This document shows, in pieces, positions 46,814-56,957 of a stretch of DNA of 58,513 bases; the stretch's first letter is position 1; every line of letters starts with the position of its first letter. The stretch lies in the IMG/VR virus record IMGVR_UViG_3300000318_000081, positions 1-58,513 of that record; one strand, written 5' to 3'. The notes under the pieces were generated by a model. That model did no database searches and had not been told where the DNA came from. It was given only the letters and a program-made list of their open reading frames with translations. Source of the stretch: a virus. Lineage: Duplodnaviria; Caudoviricetes. Position numbers and translations under genes: made by a program.

Positions 46814-48616
46814 TTATACTGCTATTCTCATTTGTTCTATCAGTTTAGCTGAAACTGCTTCACAGAGAACTCTAGCCATTGTTACCTCCACGGCATTTCC
46901 AATGTATTTCTTTTGCTCTGCCTGTGTTCCGATTAACTTGTAATCTTTTGGAAAACCCATTATCAATTTTAGTTCAGGTATTTTCAACATTCTCATTTTA
47001 ATATCAACAATACCATAGATTGACATGAATTCTTTGATTTTTACGGTAAATTCAGAATCATCTGTATCTATCCGGATAGATACATTACCATTTTCGGCAA
47101 TCACCAAATAAGGAGGTGCTTTATCCATTCTTGCAATGAGCGTAAAACTTGGTTCTTCAATTGATTTTACCTGGTTCCCGAATTGTGGATTCATCAGGTA
47201 ATGCCACTTTCTGTTAGCGGTGATCACTTGTGAGGGTTCGTCAATCGAACTACCAACGTTATTGAAGTTCGTATTCATTATCCAAGGTTTCAGTGTAATT
47301 AGATTCTGCTTTGGAGTCGATAAAACAGCAGGACACGGATTATTTACGTCTGAATGTTGACCACCACCTGAATACTGATTCATAATAAATCTATTGCATG
47401 TTACCAGGTTATACTTTGGATTTGAAGTTAATGCACCGCATGGTTTTTCAACTGATGCAGGCTTTGACTGTCCAAATTGTTGGTCAATAAACCGTGGAGA
47501 AACTAAAGCCAATCTGTCTTTTGTGGTTACGGTTGGACTTGGATTATTCACAGAACTAACATTGTCGCCATTTCCATAGTAAGCTGAAAGGAAATCACAT
47601 TTTATAAGTGAGTGGTGATCTTTAGTGGTGATAACTCCAGCAGGTTCATCAACCGAAACATTTTTGCTATCAGGGTGACCGGAATAATACTTTGAAATAA
47701 AATTAGCGGTAACTATTCCTAATCTATTCTGACAGCTTACAACCGGACACGGTTCATCAATTGACGGTGGATTATGTTTTCCAGTTTTTCCATTCGTGGA
47801 ATTGTATTTCAAAATCCATTTGTCTTTTCCACCGGCTACGAACTTAATCAGTCCCGCATAAATCCGTTCAAGTGTTTTTTCGGATAAATCTTTCTTTCTG
47901 GTAAAAATTGAAACACCCTCATCTGTAAAGTCAAGTACATCCTTAACCGGCTTCCATTTTTTGAAAGCAAACATTCCTGTAGAACCTCCTTTACAATGTG
48001 TCGGCTCTGGCCATGATATAGGAAGACCGGACTTTGCGAATTGAATGAAAAGTCTTTTTCTTGATGTATAAGCACCAAAATCAGCTGAGTTTAAAATTCT
48101 GAAATCACTTTCATATCCATGAGAGCATACTTGCTTCATCCATCTGGTGTAGTCCTTTCCTTTAGTTTTGCTTACTGGTTTACCATTTTCATCAAGCTCT
48201 CCCCAACTCATGAATTCCTCTACATTTTCAATATGGATGTAATCAGGGTTAAGAGCTTCAATGTATCTGAAAAGATGCTCTGCTAATGTTCGACTATCAC
48301 CGTCCCTTGGTTGCCCTCCTTTTGCCTTGCTGAAATTTGTACATTCCAAACTGGCCCAAAGAACAAGTTTTGCAGTTGGGTAAAGCGTTCTCATAAATTG
48401 GACATGTGCAATAAGCTTTGATAAATCAAGCGTTCTTATATCCTCAGTAAAATGTAATGCATCCGGATGGTTTTCTTCGTGAGAAGCAATTGCATTTTTG
48501 TCGTGATTTACACACGCAATAACCTTAGCACATCGTTCTCTTCTGATTTTTGCACTCTCAACACCCGTGGAAGTTCCCCCGGCACCGCAAAACAAATCAA
48601 CATATAATAAATTCAT
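46814..48616 (-). CDS. DNA cytosine-C5 methyltransferase
   Basis: DLFCGAGG, SLECTNFS, IENVEEF, RKRLF, IGNAV; repeated segments in the variable region. Confidence 0.92.
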   Translation of the reverse strand: MNLLYVDLFCGAGGTSTGVESAKIRRERCAKVIACVNHDKNAIASHEENHPDALHFTEDIRTLDLSKLIAHVQFMRTLYPTAKLVLWASLECTNFSKAKGGQPRDGDSRTLAEHLFRYIEALNPDYIHIENVEEFMSWGELDENGKPVSKTKGKDYTRWMKQVCSHGYESDFRILNSADFGAYTSRKRLFIQFAKSGLPISWPEPTHCKGGSTGMFAFKKWKPVKDVLDFTDEGVSIFTRKKDLSEKTLERIYAGLIKFVAGGKDKWILKYNSTNGKTGKHNPPSIDEPCPVVSCQNRLGIVTANFISKYYSGHPDSKNVSVDEPAGVITTKDHHSLIKCDFLSAYYGNGDNVSSVNNPSPTVTTKDRLALVSPRFIDQQFGQSKPASVEKPCGALTSNPKYNLVTCNRFIMNQYSGGGQHSDVNNPCPAVLSTPKQNLITLKPWIMNTNFNNVGSSIDEPSQVITANRKWHYLMNPQFGNQVKSIEEPSFTLIARMDKAPPYLVIAENGNVSIRIDTDDSEFTVKIKEFMSIYGIVDIKMRMLKIPELKLIMGFPKDYKLIGTQAEQKKYIGNAVEVTMARVLCEAVSAKLIEQMRIAV

Positions 48617-48677
48617 ATTTTCCCATGTAAAAAATCGACCTATTAAAGGTTGATTCTAATTTAATTCTCATTTTTTT

Positions 48678-49058
48678 CTAATTTAATTCTAATCTCTTGA
48701 TTTTCTTTTTGAAGTAAGAAATCATCTCTCTACCGTCTACATCTGACATCTTGTAGGTTGTACGGCTCAATCTCTCTAGTTCTTCAAATTTCACTATCCC
48801 GATTTTCTTTATTAGAGCTTCTTTGAATTGATCATCTGTATTTGTATACTGGTTGCAGTTTTTACATTGAGGCCAACAATCATTTTCATTCCATCGTACC
48901 GCATGGTTACCGCGTTTAAAACAATGGCCATTGTCTATTTGCGAGGGTGGGTAAGGTGCTCCACATACAATGCAATTACAATAGCCATCAACTGATTTCT
49001 TTTTTCGGATATAAAGACTAAACACCCGGTCTAATTCCTTTTCTATTTTTCCATTCAT
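48678..49058 (-). CDS. NinG/Rap-like recombination nuclease
   Basis: LDRVFSLYIR, CIVCG, DNGH, QCKNCN. Confidence 0.82.
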   Translation of the reverse strand: MNGKIEKELDRVFSLYIRKKKSVDGYCNCIVCGAPYPPSQIDNGHCFKRGNHAVRWNENDCWPQCKNCNQYTNTDDQFKEALIKKIGIVKFEELERLSRTTYKMSDVDGREMISYFKKKIKRLELN

Positions 49059-49701
49059 AGCGTTTTCGTTTTTTCTTTATTTGAAAAATCCTTTTTCTTT
49101 TTTCGGCTAGGTATTTAGAATAGCCGTTTATTATCAACTCTCTATTATCTCTATTTCTATTTTCTTCTTCCTGTTGAACTTTATCTCTGTTCCTGTTTAG
49201 AGCCAATATTCTATCAGATAGAAATTTATTTTTTGCTGTCATTATTTTTAGTGGATCAACAATTCCGTAAAACTCTCCAAACTTTCCTAGTTTATAACTG
49301 AGGAAGAATAAAGCAACTTCGGCTATGTTTAGAGAATAGCAATCACAATAGAATAAATTAGCAGATTGAGTTATTTGATCTTCGGACATTTTTTCTTTTA
49401 CTCCAACGAATTTGTTTAAGTCAAAGAATTGAATTTTTAACCATTCTACAACACCATCATTCCCGTATGTATGTCCGAGCAATGCCAAAGAAGGATATTT
49501 CATGTATTTGCATTCTACAAACCCAGCTCTACGATTTGCAATGGTATTTTGAATATTTGGATTGAATCTTTTTACAAACTCACCATACGATCCTAAATCA
49601 GTTCGTACCTGCAATGTCTTTTGCTGCAATTCTGGCAACATTTCCAGCGATTGAGTTGGCAATTTCTGTTTCGTTACTAATTGTTTCAAATTTCTTTCCA
49701 T
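49018..49701 (-). CDS. Replication accessory protein (start uncertain)
   Basis: Follows the initiator; K.GKFGEFYGIVDP motif. Confidence 0.6.
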   Translation of the reverse strand: MERNLKQLVTKQKLPTQSLEMLPELQQKTLQVRTDLGSYGEFVKRFNPNIQNTIANRRAGFVECKYMKYPSLALLGHTYGNDGVVEWLKIQFFDLNKFVGVKEKMSEDQITQSANLFYCDCYSLNIAEVALFFLSYKLGKFGEFYGIVDPLKIMTAKNKFLSDRILALNRNRDKVQQEEENRNRDNRELIINGYSKYLAEKRKRIFQIKKKRKRYEWKNRKGIRPGV

Positions 49702-50431
49702 ACGATTTTTTTTGTTTCTCTAAATTATACCAATTGTAAAAATGACCTTTTGCATCATTCGGAGTTTTTGAAGTTTCGCCACGCCCTTTTAAAACTTCCA
49801 CAAAATCCTCAATAAGTTTATCGACTTGTTCAGGAACCAATTTATTTTGCATGCAAATAACTTCTTTCCATTGTTCCTCTGACTTTAGAAATTCTTCTAC
49901 TTCTGGAATATCAAGTAAAAAAAGTGGGAGAGGTATTTTTTCTTCTTCTCTCTCTTGTATATTAGTAGTATTAGTAATAGGTATATCTATACATACAATG
50001 TTGGAGGCAGTGCCGGGGGCAGTGCTTAGCGTAGTGGTGAGGGCAGTGTCGGAGGCAGTGGTTTGGTATTTTTTACCATATCTAGTACTAGCCTTAGATA
50101 GCGCTTTGGATGTTGGTTTGGTATTTTTTACCAAGCCAATAACATTAGCAGAATATTGATTTTCGCTTTTTTGGAGTAGCAAAATAAATCCCCAACTAAT
50201 CAAATCTTTAAATGTATTTGAAAATGTTTTATAGTTCCTTATGCCTATAGCATCCATTGCCATCTGCCTAGGAAGCCCGAACTTTCTTTTCCATCCCAAT
50301 GCATTGCAATGTTGTAAAATGAAGAAATACATAGCGGAATGATTCGGATTGATAAGTTCGGGATTATCGTAACAGAAGTTGAACCAATCCTTCATAAGGT
50401 CATAAATACTCAATTCTGTTTCTGGTTTCAT
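49598..50431 (-). CDS. Phage replication initiator (O-like)
   Basis: N-terminal wHTH-like region (CNALGW..F, FKDLISWGFI), T-rich linker carrying iterons, C-terminal HFYNW. Confidence 0.72.
   Translation of the reverse strand: MKPETELSIYDLMKDWFNFCYDNPELINPNHSAMYFFILQHCNALGWKRKFGLPRQMAMDAIGIRNYKTFSNTFKDLISWGFILLLQKSENQYSANVIGLVKNTKPTSKALSKASTRYGKKYQTTASDTALTTTLSTAPGTASNIVCIDIPITNTTNIQEREEEKIPLPLFLLDIPEVEEFLKSEEQWKEVICMQNKLVPEQVDKLIEDFVEVLKGRGETSKTPNDAKGHFYNWYNLEKQKKSYGKKFETISNETEIANSIAGNVARIAAKDIAGTN
50003..50133. repeat. Iterons / putative replication origin
   Basis: Five 12-bp units (GGAGGCAGTGnn-like) at 50003-50062; 20-bp direct repeat TGGTTTGGTATTTTTTACCA at 50059 and 50114. Confidence 0.75.
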
Positions 50432-50820
50432 ATCCTCGCGTTTAATTCGGCTTTTGCCTTACTGATTACAGTTCTACACCATTCTGTTTGGTGAGTTGCC
50501 GTTGCGTTCAATCTGTCGCACCAGTCTACTAAATACTGTTCTTCTTTAGCTACTGATTTTATAAGAGCATTTTGAATACCTGCCGAATACTTTTTATCAA
50601 GAATTTTCTCGATAATTTTTATCGTTTCACACTCCATCTTTGAATTTTTATGATACTTCGCGTCAGCAAGCATCTTCCCTGTTCGAGCAATGTATGTGAT
50701 TAGAGTGTTTCCTCTCTCTACAGCTTCGTTTGGGTCTTCTGACATAGTTACGTTCATAAACTCGTCAATAGCTTTACATTCGGTAAGTAGCTCCCTAAAA
50801 GGGGTTATTTGGGTTAGCAT
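50428..50820 (-). CDS. Hypothetical helical protein
   Basis: 130 aa. Confidence 0.7.
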   Translation of the reverse strand: MLTQITPFRELLTECKAIDEFMNVTMSEDPNEAVERGNTLITYIARTGKMLADAKYHKNSKMECETIKIIEKILDKKYSAGIQNALIKSVAKEEQYLVDWCDRLNATATHQTEWCRTVISKAKAELNARI

Positions 50821-51368
50821 TACACATAAAGTTTGCCTCCGCTCAATTCACAGAGAAATGTTGATACTAATTCCATTTCAGGATTTCTAAACGCATGGTT
50901 TAAATAGCACCGAGGGTTGTCGTAATGATAGCCGTTTTTAGATATGTGCAATTTGCAGGCTTTTGCGGTGAAGAAAGTATTCTCGTATTTTTTAATTGTA
51001 GTTACCTCAACTCTTCTATATCCATGTTCCTCTAGCCATGCTTCAATATCACCTTCATCCATTTGGTCAAATAAGAAAGTGGCTTCACATACAGCTTCAT
51101 CTCCATCTAAATAAAATAGTTCTGAATCGTTTTCTAAATGATGATTTATAATGTATTCTTTTATATCTTCATCAGTTCTCAATTCACTTCCATCACCATC
51201 TACCCATGTTTCAGTGCCATTTCCTTCGTAAGCCGCTACTTCTTTAGTAGTTTCAATTTGGAACATGTGAGGCATTCTAGTTCCCAACATATCTTGAGAT
51301 GTCATCTCTTTCGATAACTCCATTAGTGAATCATACATCTCGTCTGTTACTTCAATAGTTTTACTCAT
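50820..51368 (-). CDS. Hypothetical protein
   Basis: 182 aa, acidic. Confidence 0.72.
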   Translation of the reverse strand: MSKTIEVTDEMYDSLMELSKEMTSQDMLGTRMPHMFQIETTKEVAAYEGNGTETWVDGDGSELRTDEDIKEYIINHHLENDSELFYLDGDEAVCEATFLFDQMDEGDIEAWLEEHGYRRVEVTTIKKYENTFFTAKACKLHISKNGYHYDNPRCYLNHAFRNPEMELVSTFLCELSGGKLYV

Positions 51369-51421
51369 TTTATTTTAATTAGTTAGTTCCTAAAGAATCG
51401 GTCAGGATCATAAAGAAAATA

Positions 51422-51467
51422 AAGGGATTCAAAGTCCTTTGTGAGCATTAGCTTCTTTGAATCCCTT
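51422..51467. other. Intergenic inverted repeat
   Basis: AAGGGATTCAAAG-N20-CTTTGAATCCCTT. Confidence 0.6.
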
Positions 51468-51472
51468 ATCTG

Positions 51473-52213
51473 TTATTTTTCGATAATTGCTATATCCGGT
51501 GCGAGCTCGCGGAATAGTTTAATTTGTTCATCGATTACTTCATCTCGCATTTCTTCAAGTAATTGTACAGCACCGGGGGAGAATAATTGCAATTCAATGC
51601 TTCTTCCATTTACGGAACAGTAAAATTCAACTTCCAATTGTTCAGCGGGAACTCCTTTGAAAATTGGCAAGTTCACCAAGAATGATCCAGGCAAATTTGT
51701 TGTTACAAGTCCGCTGTAATTATCTTTAAAAGAACCATTTTCGTTTTTTTCTTTTTCAGCTTTTACAGCAATGTCAGCAACAAAGTTTTTTAATTGAGCA
51801 ACAAGGGTCATGTTTGCTGTCTTGTCGGAGAAGAAAACTTTATTCATTTTTAGAAACTGGCCCAATTCATTTACATCCCAACTCTTGCCGGAGTTTATAC
51901 CGAATTCTGTAAACTTTGGATGCTTTGTCAATTGGCCTAATACGGAACCTTTCAGGTATTCATCATTATCATTGATGATAAGAAGCATTGAAACATCCTC
52001 CCGATCAACAATAAGAACACATCGGTCAATTTCAAACTGTCCTCTGTTAATTCTTCGTTGTAAAAACTCATACGGTGATCCAATTACTCCTGATAAGTTC
52101 ACTTTTACCGGAGGTTTTAAGTCCAATATGTTTTGCGATTCACCTTCGCGGATTACTAACTCGGCTACTGTTGAGCCTTCTGGGAATACTACTTGCAACT
52201 TTTCGTTGTCCAT
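51473..52213 (-). CDS. Hypothetical protein (DUF2303/YfdQ-like, tentative)
   Basis: 246 aa; LPGSFLVNLPIFKG. Confidence 0.6.
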   Translation of the reverse strand: MDNEKLQVVFPEGSTVAELVIREGESQNILDLKPPVKVNLSGVIGSPYEFLQRRINRGQFEIDRCVLIVDREDVSMLLIINDNDEYLKGSVLGQLTKHPKFTEFGINSGKSWDVNELGQFLKMNKVFFSDKTANMTLVAQLKNFVADIAVKAEKEKNENGSFKDNYSGLVTTNLPGSFLVNLPIFKGVPAEQLEVEFYCSVNGRSIELQLFSPGAVQLLEEMRDEVIDEQIKLFRELAPDIAIIEK

Positions 52214-52241
52214 TTTTTTTGTTTGTTTTGAAAATTAATAA

Positions 52242-52682
52242 TTAAACTGCCTGACGGTCAGCAAACGGAATTGTTTTTTGATATTCATCTTGTGTCATAG
52301 GCCGAAAAGAAACTAAATCACCTTCAGAATTATAAAAGCAAGCCATTCGTGCTTCTTCATTCAAAAATTTGAAACAGCTTTCGGTAACTAGTTCGGCCTT
52401 TTGTTTGATATTGAGAAGAAGTAATTTTCTTTCAACATTCAAAGGCTTCAATCGATCCGCGTAAGCACTTGCAGCTTCCTTCTTTTCGATTTCAATGTCA
52501 TTAATAATAATTGAAGTGTCTGAAAGATCATTTTTCAGTTTAGCTACTGTTTCAGGATCGAAGCGTTTCATGTAATCCATTGTCTCCGTTCCGTCTGCGT
52601 TAGCTCTTAAAAAATTAATTCTTTCAATAGGATCAGCTATTTCCTGTCCCAATTGTTTGTCAAATACTGCTGCTTTAGCCAT
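52242..52682 (-). CDS. Hypothetical coiled-coil protein
   Basis: 146 aa. Confidence 0.7.
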   Translation of the reverse strand: MAKAAVFDKQLGQEIADPIERINFLRANADGTETMDYMKRFDPETVAKLKNDLSDTSIIINDIEIEKKEAASAYADRLKPLNVERKLLLLNIKQKAELVTESCFKFLNEEARMACFYNSEGDLVSFRPMTQDEYQKTIPFADRQAV

Positions 52683-52703
52683 AATAATTTGTTGTTTTAA
52701 AAT

Positions 52704-52937
52704 TTAATTAATTGTTTTTATTTTGATAATATATTCATCCTTTTGTCTCAATTGAATTCTTAAGCCTGAGATTACAGAAGTCAGATAATCGCACCTGTTT
52801 CTACTTCCGATAGCTTCACGTTGAGCTTGTTCTTTTTCAGCTACAAGCTTAGGAGCGAATTTTCCAGTATTACCATGATATGGATTTCGCTTTTTCTTCT
52901 TTGGAATTTCGTCTTCTTCAAATAGTGTTTTTGCCAT
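52704..52937 (-). CDS. Hypothetical protein
   Basis: 77 aa. Confidence 0.6.
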   Translation of the reverse strand: MAKTLFEEDEIPKKKKRNPYHGNTGKFAPKLVAEKEQAQREAIGSRNRCDYLTSVISGLRIQLRQKDEYIIKIKTIN

Positions 52938-54627
52938 GATTTAATAGATTAATGATTGAATTGTAGGTTGTTTCTTCTGCATCGTCAATAGCTCCGGTAC
53001 ATGCTGAACTCATTTCCCTTTTGTCTAAAATAGCTTGGTAGTGTTGTTCATCTATCGTGTTTCGTCCAATAAAGAAAGCTGATTGAACTGCGTTTTTTTG
53101 AGAGTTTCTATGTTCCCGGCTTTCATCTTGTTCGACATCGGCTGCCGTCCATGGTAATTCTAAGTGTGCACAAATAGAAGCTGCCGTAAGAGTAATACCG
53201 ACACCACCACTTTTATAGCTGATGAACATTAGTTGATGTTCTGACGGTGCAAATTCATGATCTGAACCTTCATGCCGTTCAAACTTCTTGTCACATACCG
53301 TACATTTTTGAAAATCATGTTTCGCTTTTGCTTTTTCTTTATCAGTTTGTGTTCCTGTATAGAATAAAGCCTTTGGATAGCGTATCTTTAATTCATCTGC
53401 TACCTCATGTAAGTAAATGAACACAACTATTTTTTCACCACTTTCAAGTACATCGTCAATGTATTGGCATGCATCATATATTTTACCTCTTGCAGAAATA
53501 TTCTTCAATACTCCAATCTGAACCATAACCTTACCTTTCATTGATTTGGCTATTTGAGAATTTGATGCCTGTTTCCAATCTCGGAGGTATGTTTCGAGGT
53601 CGGCCATTGCTGCATCGTATTCAGATTGATTAGTTATTGAGCAAAATATTTTCTGTCGTGTAAGGTCTGGTAAGTCCGTTAGGACATCTTTCTTTTCTCT
53701 CCTGAAATAGCAATTAGCTCTAAGGATAGAATTTATCTCCGGCCAGCGTTCATTATCAGCGCACATCTCGCGGAAGTTCTTTATTGTTCCGAAGTGTCGA
53801 AGATTATTTGTAATGGCTAATTGGGGTAGGAGGTCAATTGGTTTATTTATAATTGGGGTGCCTGATAGAGCATTTACAAATTCTACTGTCGGTTGTGTAC
53901 AAATCCCGTATACCAATTTACTTTGAATTGTCGAAGGGTCTTTAATTCTATGACTTTCATCTACAATCACCGATTTGAAATTCTTAATGTTGGGGTGAAA
54001 AACTACATCTTTTACTGTCCAGTTCCTTCTATCTTTATTTAATCTTACTACGAAATACTTCTTTAAAGATTCATAGTTGACAATGAATATGTCATACATT
54101 CCCATTTGATTAAATACGGGCCACGTATGCTTGGTAGAATTTGTAAGAATAAGAGCCTTGTGTTTATCAGTCCACAATGCTACTTCTTCTTCCCAATTGT
54201 CCTTTAAATTTGCCGGAGGAATAATCAAACACGGGAAAAGCCCTAATGCAATTACAGTTGCTAAAGCTTCCATTGTCTTACCACAACCAGGAGCATCACC
54301 ATTTATACAACTCCCTTTTTCAATCCCGTAAGCTATTGCCGGCTCCTGATACGCATAAGGTTTAAGAAGTAAGTCAATATTTTGTGTCAGTTCTGGAAGT
54401 TCTACTGGAACGCTGAATACATTTCGTTTTGATTTACCATCTGGAAGATCAAAGCCAAAGTTTTGTCCAAAATTAAATACTTGTTCATGGTGTTTAATAG
54501 AAACTTCCCAACGTTTGTATTTTGTATTATACTCTGCGTTGGGAAGTTTCTTAGCTGCGCTAGTTATCTTTCGGTCAAAATCGAATGAAATGTAGAAGAG
54601 GGTTTCTTTCTCTATGATTGTTCTCAT
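52918..54627 (-). CDS. SNF2-family (HARP-like) helicase
   Basis: GDAPGCGKT, VDESHRIK, LSGTP, GVGITLTAA, QDESREHR. Confidence 0.9.
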   Translation of the reverse strand: MRTIIEKETLFYISFDFDRKITSAAKKLPNAEYNTKYKRWEVSIKHHEQVFNFGQNFGFDLPDGKSKRNVFSVPVELPELTQNIDLLLKPYAYQEPAIAYGIEKGSCINGDAPGCGKTMEALATVIALGLFPCLIIPPANLKDNWEEEVALWTDKHKALILTNSTKHTWPVFNQMGMYDIFIVNYESLKKYFVVRLNKDRRNWTVKDVVFHPNIKNFKSVIVDESHRIKDPSTIQSKLVYGICTQPTVEFVNALSGTPIINKPIDLLPQLAITNNLRHFGTIKNFREMCADNERWPEINSILRANCYFRREKKDVLTDLPDLTRQKIFCSITNQSEYDAAMADLETYLRDWKQASNSQIAKSMKGKVMVQIGVLKNISARGKIYDACQYIDDVLESGEKIVVFIYLHEVADELKIRYPKALFYTGTQTDKEKAKAKHDFQKCTVCDKKFERHEGSDHEFAPSEHQLMFISYKSGGVGITLTAASICAHLELPWTAADVEQDESREHRNSQKNAVQSAFFIGRNTIDEQHYQAILDKREMSSACTGAIDDAEETTYNSIINLLNHGKNTI

Positions 54628-55274
54628 GTTGCTTTCTCCTTCCCAAAGAATAAGTAATGTTTATATGCTAATTCCAAGTATTTTTCTTTACCAACCTTGT
54701 AGAAATCGCTATCCCGATTGATGAATATTTTAAATACCTTGTGATTCTTCTTAGAAATTCCGATTATCACATCACGTTCAGCTCCTTCAATGTCCATGTA
54801 CCACGCCCGTGAACGATCATAGTTGAAGAATTTGCAAGCTGCTTCAAACTGTGTTTGTGTTTCGGTTGCCGTACTCTTTATATCACCGCCCCATTTCCAA
54901 TCTTCTCGCCAAATATCCCATTTGCATCGAACGTTTAAAACAAATTCTACTCCGTTCCATTGATAAAGCTTATCATGTGCAATACTTATTTTTTGAGCAT
55001 CGGCACCGTCCATCATCATTCGACAGAAGTCATCTCTAAAGAAAGCTTTCTTCATTTCAATTGTATTGTCAAATGTTGATTTTTTATAAACGACATCTTC
55101 TCGTGTTCTTTTGAAATAGTTTACTTTATAAGCTTCGGTAATCATTGCATCAAGTAGGTTGCCGTCTGCGTAGGCTTGTGTAGGGTCAATAAAGTTCGCC
55201 TTCGGATTGAGTTGATCCAGTAACCAACCCAAATCCGAATTTGATACTTCAGGACGTCCAAAATAGGCATCCAT
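54624..55274 (-). CDS. PD-(D/E)XK exonuclease (RecE/DUF3799-like)
   Basis: ATG 55274; VSNSDL, RCKWD, GGDIKST, YDRSRAWY. Confidence 0.75.
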   Translation of the reverse strand: MDAYFGRPEVSNSDLGWLLDQLNPKANFIDPTQAYADGNLLDAMITEAYKVNYFKRTREDVVYKKSTFDNTIEMKKAFFRDDFCRMMMDGADAQKISIAHDKLYQWNGVEFVLNVRCKWDIWREDWKWGGDIKSTATETQTQFEAACKFFNYDRSRAWYMDIEGAERDVIIGISKKNHKVFKIFINRDSDFYKVGKEKYLELAYKHYLFFGKEKAT

Positions 55275-55465
55275 TACTTTCTTGCCATTGAAAGAATGAA
55301 CATAAGTCCAATGAACAATAATGCTATTGCTAACCCTCCCCATAGTGGAACTGTAACCCACCACCAAGACCAGTCGATGTAATGTGTAAGTTTAAGAACT
55401 ATAAAAACGATTGTCAATAATCCGGGAAATCCTATACCATAGGAAGAACTTGAATTTGTACTCAT
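55274..55465 (-). CDS. Small phage membrane protein
   Basis: LTIVFIVLKL..IDWSWWWV..PLW. Confidence 0.8.
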   Translation of the reverse strand: MSTNSSSSYGIGFPGLLTIVFIVLKLTHYIDWSWWWVTVPLWGGLAIALLFIGLMFILSMARK

Positions 55466-55587
55466 AATGTTTTATTTTTTTTGTTTTGAAAAATAAGTAT
55501 GGGTTTATAACCCTGTGTTTGTTGTCCTGTCTGGGTGAGAAAATCCTGAACCTCGTACCGTTCTCTGCCGATACACCCACACTTAAA

Positions 55588-56955
55588 TTATTTTGCTTTA
55601 TAAACCGGTGTGTAAATAATCAATTTAGAATCGATCATCTCGTCATTCTTTACAGCCCATTTTTCGCAGAATGCTCTTATTTGAGCGATTGACTTGTTTT
55701 CAATCTTTTCGGTAGAAAGTAATTTACCTTCATTCTGAAACCAAAACTGAATAAGAAGTAAGTACGCTTCGGGGTTGGTAACTTGAATTGAATAGCCCTC
55801 TTTTATTTTCGGTGCCTCAGTAAATAGATTTGCTTGATTATCTACCATTGCACTTGCTGATTTTGCAGTGGCTTGTACGTTAGCTTGTGAAAGTAATTTT
55901 TGCTGAGACTCTTTGGCTTCTAATACGAGTTTTTCAGCGGCTTCTTTTCGCCTTAACTTTTCTTCGGCTTCTGTTTTCTCTGCCAATTCATCCCTTTTCT
56001 GTTTCTCTTCGGCTAATTTCTGTTTTTTGATAGCTTCTAATCTTTCAGTCTCGGCAAGTTGAGCATCTAATAATTTTTTCTTTGATGCATCCGCCAGCTC
56101 GGCTTCTTTCTTTAGTCTTTCCTTTTCGATGTTGGCTAATCTAAGTCTTTCGGCTTCATCTTCCTGCGCTTTCACTTCAAGAAGTCTTGCTGTTTCAAGT
56201 TCTTCAAGCTGTGTTTTTTTAGATGGAATTAAGTCAATCAACTCTCTTTTATATTCAGAGACATCTTCCTTGAATTTATCAAGTGCACTGTAGCACAATG
56301 AAATTGTAGGAACTATTTCATTGTATTCAACTTCGGTATGATGAATAAGAGTTGGAGTTTCAACAGGGAACATGAAAGTGCCGTCCGAAAGGTTATTATC
56401 AAATAAAGCAATTTTCAAAGTTGCCGTTTCAATAGTTTCCAATGTCAGACTGTCAAACCAGTCATTTTTCTCCGTTTTGAATTTAAGAAGGTAATTAGAA
56501 TAAGCCTCTGCATGCTTTACGGTGTAAAGTCTTACAATTTCGATAGCCTCTTGTTCCTTTGCAAGTTTTAAAGCTGCTAATCGTTCTTCCTCTAATCGAT
56601 CATTCATTACCTTAGTGGCCCATTCATCTCTAAAAGCTTGACATTTTATAATCGGAACTTTTACATCCGTTTCAAGTGTTGTAAATTCCTTTGCTACCGC
56701 TGTCAGAATTTGAGTTATTGGGCTACGGTCTCTATTCATGTTTTTGACCGTTGTGTTTATCTTCACGATATAATCGGATAATTGCTTATCTACCGTGGCA
56801 TCCATTTTAAGCTCTGCTAAAGCTATCAATTCATCACCTCGTGCGATTGCCTTAGATAATGATAGTTTGTTCGCTGCAAGTATTGCAGGGGCCGTTGATA
56901 CTAACGATGTGAATGCTTCAATATCGAATGATTCTTTTTTTGCTATTTCTTCCAT
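55588..56955 (-). CDS. Coiled-coil protein of the recombination module
   Basis: 455 aa E/K/A-rich, between the RecT-like and exonuclease genes. Confidence 0.7.
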   Translation of the reverse strand: MEEIAKKESFDIEAFTSLVSTAPAILAANKLSLSKAIARGDELIALAELKMDATVDKQLSDYIVKINTTVKNMNRDRSPITQILTAVAKEFTTLETDVKVPIIKCQAFRDEWATKVMNDRLEEERLAALKLAKEQEAIEIVRLYTVKHAEAYSNYLLKFKTEKNDWFDSLTLETIETATLKIALFDNNLSDGTFMFPVETPTLIHHTEVEYNEIVPTISLCYSALDKFKEDVSEYKRELIDLIPSKKTQLEELETARLLEVKAQEDEAERLRLANIEKERLKKEAELADASKKKLLDAQLAETERLEAIKKQKLAEEKQKRDELAEKTEAEEKLRRKEAAEKLVLEAKESQQKLLSQANVQATAKSASAMVDNQANLFTEAPKIKEGYSIQVTNPEAYLLLIQFWFQNEGKLLSTEKIENKSIAQIRAFCEKWAVKNDEMIDSKLIIYTPVYKAK

Positions 56956-56957
56956 AA

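Noticed and set aside
50003-50062. CRISPR array
   Set aside because: 12-bp tandem units without spacers inside a CDS; no repeat-spacer array or cas gene seen in the window
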